From assembly GCA_947485745.1 (NCBI GenBank), contig CANKQY010000003.1, positions 13,747 to 77,746 of the forward strand: a stretch of DNA of 64,000 nucleotides, read 5' to 3'. The position numbers and the translations under genes are program-made. Shown here piece after piece: positions 63,727 through 64,000 of this stretch (position 1 is the first letter of the stretch; each line of letters opens with the position of its first letter). The notes beneath the pieces were generated by a model. The model was not told the origin of the DNA and did not search any database. It was given only the letters and a program-made list of their open reading frames with translations. Source of the stretch: Bacteroidota bacterium (GTDB lineage Bacteria; Bacteroidota; Bacteroidia; UKL13-3).

Positions 63727-64000
63727 ATGAGCATTCATTCATCTAAAGCACCAGAGCCTGTTGGTCATTATCCGCATGCAAAAAGGGTTGGCAATTTGTT
63801 GTTTCTTTCAGGCGTTGGTCCACGAGAAAAAGGTACCAAAATAATCCCTGGTGTTGAATTAGATGAAAATAGGAATATTATTAGCTACGATATTGAAAAA
63901 CAGTGTCGCTCTGTTTTCAATAATATAAAGAATATCTTGGAAGATAGTGGTGGCAAATGGGAAAATATTGTGGATGTAACCGTTTTTTTAACCAACATGA
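63727..64000 (+). CDS. ridA: RidA/YjgF/L-PSP family protein (partial, runs off the window)
   Basis: The ATG at 63727 gives MSIHSSKAPEPVGHYPHAKRVGNLLFLSGVGPR..., a typical RidA N-terminus. Confidence 0.8.
   Translation, partial: MSIHSSKAPEPVGHYPHAKRVGNLLFLSGVGPREKGTKIIPGVELDENRNIISYDIEKQCRSVFNNIKNILEDSGGKWENIVDVTVFLTNM

Overview
This is a 64-kb AT-rich segment (roughly 35-37% GC by eye) with clear Bacteroidota hallmarks: a SusC/SusD pair, GH97, two proteins ending in T9SS C-terminal sorting domains, TAnnTTTG-type -7 boxes and a long-tailed S16. I can support about 57 protein-coding genes, four rho-independent terminators, a few candidate promoters or operators and several short repeats. I found no rRNA, tRNA, CRISPR array, transposase, integrase or phage gene, and no recognisable defence or toxin island. 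Layout: 0.2-35.7 kb is mostly housekeeping (HTH-Fic, lysA, htrA, dapF, SNF2 helicase, acyl-CoA carboxyltransferase, GH3-family protein, dxr, rseP, tag, purB, rpsP-rimM, MFS plus ABC-2 exporter, two paralogous outer-membrane barrels, grpE-dnaJ, murA, a giant TPR protein). 35.8-45.8 kb is an alpha-glucan-type polysaccharide utilisation locus. 46.4-48.7 kb is a TonB-dependent receptor. 48.9-63.7 kb is a Wzx/Wzy-type surface-polysaccharide locus, followed by a partial RidA gene. The most unusual signal is not a gene. The near-palindromic decamer GGTTTGAACC, with its complement GGTTCAAACC and the perfect palindrome GGTTCGAACC, occurs 18 times exactly and at least 14 more times with one mismatch. 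It lies mostly inside unrelated coding regions, usually in one reading frame (Gly-Leu-Asn or Gly-Ser-Asn), and is absent from most of the polysaccharide locus. This behaves like a genome-wide selected DNA word (uptake-signal, HIP1 or Chi class) that I cannot assign to any described system. All calls come from reading motifs in the sequence and the supplied translations. No database search or statistics program was run, and expected counts are hand estimates.
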